DNA from: Minisyncoccota bacterium
GTDB taxonomy: Bacteria; Patescibacteriota; Minisyncoccia; Phycocordibacterales; Phycocordibacteraceae
Direction: 5' to 3'
Length of the DNA: 32,048 nt
NCBI GenBank assembly: GCA_022842945.1
Contig: JALHOO010000003.1
Location: 80,458-112,505 of the forward strand
Under the pieces are notes generated by a model. It saw only the letters and a list, made by a program, of their open reading frames with translations, had not been told where the DNA came from and ran no database searches. Positions 30,703-32,048 of this stretch are shown here, piece by piece (within the stretch, counting starts at the first letter, position 1; every line of letters begins with the position of its first letter). A program made the translations under genes and the position numbers.

Positions 30703-31845
30703 CTACTCAACAACCCGGGAGAGGTGGGCAGGGATATGGGCGAGGAGTACATAGGGCGTGGAGTCCGCGAGGCGTGCCATAGAGCGCACAGAGTTCGGAT
30801 CCTCCGGGTTTCGGCTTATGAGCGTAACAACATCGCCTCGAGCGGCCTCTACGTCCGTTACATCAAGCGACACCATGTTCATGGATACTCTCCCCGCTAT
30901 AGGAGCGGGTACCCCGTTAACCTGCAGACTGCCTACGTTTGAAAGGGCTCGATCTACGCCTTCATAGTATCCAGCGGGGACTGTAGCGATCCGGGAAGGA
31001 CGCTGTGTAGTGAAAGAGGCGTTGTATCCCACAGAGTCTCTTCGAGGAATCTCGCGTAGTGAGGTTATGAACGAGCGCATAGAGAGCACCGGTTTCAGAT
31101 TGTTTGCAGCAAAGGATGCATCATACCCATACAAGCCCACGCCAATGCGCAGTACGTTCATGGGGTATGACGCAGAGAAACGTGCACCCTTTGTTGCGGA
31201 AGCATGCCGGTACGTAATAGAAGGGAATGCAACCTCAAGCTGCACAAGACTCTCTTTCCACAGCGAAAGCTGATTCTCCGTAAACGAAGTATCGGCGTTA
31301 TCTGCGTCTGCGAGATGTGTCGCTACACCAACAACTGAAAGCTTCGAGTTCATCTGTATGAGTGCTATAGCCTCTTCAAGATCGCCTGGAAGAATGCCCT
31401 GGCGGTGCATACTCGTATCAAGCTTCAGATGAATGCGCACAGGCCTGTGTACGGTCTCTGAAAGGGAACGCAGCTGTTCTATGTCCGTTACGGCGTAGTC
31501 CGTATCTCTAAGCGAACTGCGAGCTATAGACTCGGGACGCACATAGCCCATAACAACAATGCGAGACGTGATACCTGCTCTACGTAACACCCTCGCCTCG
31601 TACAAGGAGTCAACCATAAAGAACGCGATGTCTTCTGTATCAAGAAGGGAGGCTATAACCGTAAGGCCGTGGCCGTACGCGTTGCTCTTGAGTACTGGCG
31701 CAATCTTCTGTGCTGGATACTGCTCTTGATATGCACGGAGGTTGTGCAGAAGATTCTCCTTCGAGATGGATACGGTTATGAGCGGCTTGTCGTGGGTAAG
31801 CGCTCGGCGTATGCGTCGTAGAAGAGTTCGAAGCAGTGGTCTCAT
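30703..31845 (-). CDS. alr: alanine racemase
   Basis: PLP-Lys motif VLKSNAYGHGL. About 381 aa after moving the start to the ATG at 31845; the ORF-track extension to 31986 runs through tRNA-Leu. Confidence 0.85.
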   Translation of the reverse strand: MRPLLRTLLRRIRRALTHDKPLITVSISKENLLHNLRAYQEQYPAQKIAPVLKSNAYGHGLTVIASLLDTEDIAFFMVDSLYEARVLRRAGITSRIVVMGYVRPESIARSSLRDTDYAVTDIEQLRSLSETVHRPVRIHLKLDTSMHRQGILPGDLEEAIALIQMNSKLSVVGVATHLADADNADTSFTENQLSLWKESLVQLEVAFPSITYRHASATKGARFSASYPMNVLRIGVGLYGYDASFAANNLKPVLSMRSFITSLREIPRRDSVGYNASFTTQRPSRIATVPAGYYEGVDRALSNVGSLQVNGVPAPIAGRVSMNMVSLDVTDVEAARGDVVTLISRNPEDPNSVRSMARLADSTPYVLLAHIPAHLSRVVE

Positions 31846-31848
31846 AGT

Positions 31849-31934
31849 TGGTACCAGGGGCGGGACTCGAACCCGCACGACATTGCTGTCTGAGGTGTTT
31901 AAGACCTCTATGTCTACCATTCCATCACCCTGGC
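31849..31934 (-). tRNA. tRNA-Leu (anticodon TAA), type II, CCA encoded
   Basis: Anticodon stem GAGGT/ACCTC with loop CTTAAAC, long variable arm, T arm GCGGG-TTCGAGT-CCCGC, G1-U72 wobble, A-CCA end 3 nt from the alr ATG. Confidence 0.85.
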
Positions 31935-31954
31935 GTATGTACAGGAGTATACCT

Positions 31955-32029
31955 TGGAGGCCCAGACGGAAATCGCATCCGTGCATAGCGGGTTTGCAAT
32001 CCGCCGTGTTTCTACTTCACCACTGGGCC
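31955..32029 (-). tRNA. tRNA-Cys (anticodon GCA), CCA encoded
   Basis: Acceptor GGCCCAG/CTGGGCC, loop TTGCAAA, T arm ACGGA-TGCGATT-TCCGT, discriminator U73 as expected for Cys. Confidence 0.8.
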
Positions 32030-32048
32030 GTACCGCAATACTAGCGCG

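Noticed and set aside
31846-31986. N-terminal extension of alr in the ORF track (427 aa)
   Set aside because: The extension runs through tRNA-Leu(TAA) and into tRNA-Cys. Alr homology starts near the ATG at 31845.
1-32048. Alternative genetic code (UGA recoding, as in some candidate phyla)
   Set aside because: TGA terminates well-defined genes here, for example the LAGLIDADG-like gene at 366-368 and the 39-aa peptide at 20122-20124. The long housekeeping ORFs are intact under the standard code.

Overview
The window looks like a compact chromosomal segment from a small-genome bacterium. Gene content and a family of small TrbC/VirB2-topology proteins suggest a CPR/Parcubacteria-type organism, but this is inference only. 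The standard code applies, because TGA, TAG and TAA all act as stops. The housekeeping backbone, at roughly 48-52% G+C by hand count, contains tsaC, a cold-shock gene, a CaCA antiporter, a HAD hydrolase, an ATP-grasp protein, trxB, ftsZ, ftsA, ybeY, rpsU, a divergent hisS-like gene, lepB, pth, an S1-domain protein, an MBL-fold protein, gyrA, a SAM methyltransferase, a solute-binding-like protein and alr. There are 7 tRNAs: Val-GAC, Glu-TTC, Ser-CGA, Leu-TAG, Lys-CTT, Leu-TAA and Cys-GCA. Most backbone genes have no Shine-Dalgarno (SD) sequence; a -10-like TAnnnT hexamer, often TGnTAnnnT, sits 4-10 nt upstream of the start, which suggests leaderless or near-leaderless mRNAs. Interspersed among them are short, visibly GC-richer units (66-70% over two hand-counted 120-nt stretches), each with its own promoter, a strong SD and a terminator. 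The most interesting loci are: (1) a 515-aa ABC-type ATPase fused to a Toprim/DUF4435-like C-terminus, immediately 3' of tRNA-Ser in a decayed islet; (2) a tandem array of five two-TM pilin-like paralogs after an orphan solute-binding-like gene; (3) an SD-led SPFH/band-7 gene with a His-rich, Cys-containing membrane partner, 3' of tRNA-Leu; (4) a 22-nt palindrome-containing element shared by the leaders of two unrelated orphan genes; (5) a roughly 187-nt structured, terminator-capped non-coding segment between ftsA and ftsZ; (6) a tRNA-punctuated alr gene. No CRISPR array, integrase, transposase or rRNA was seen.
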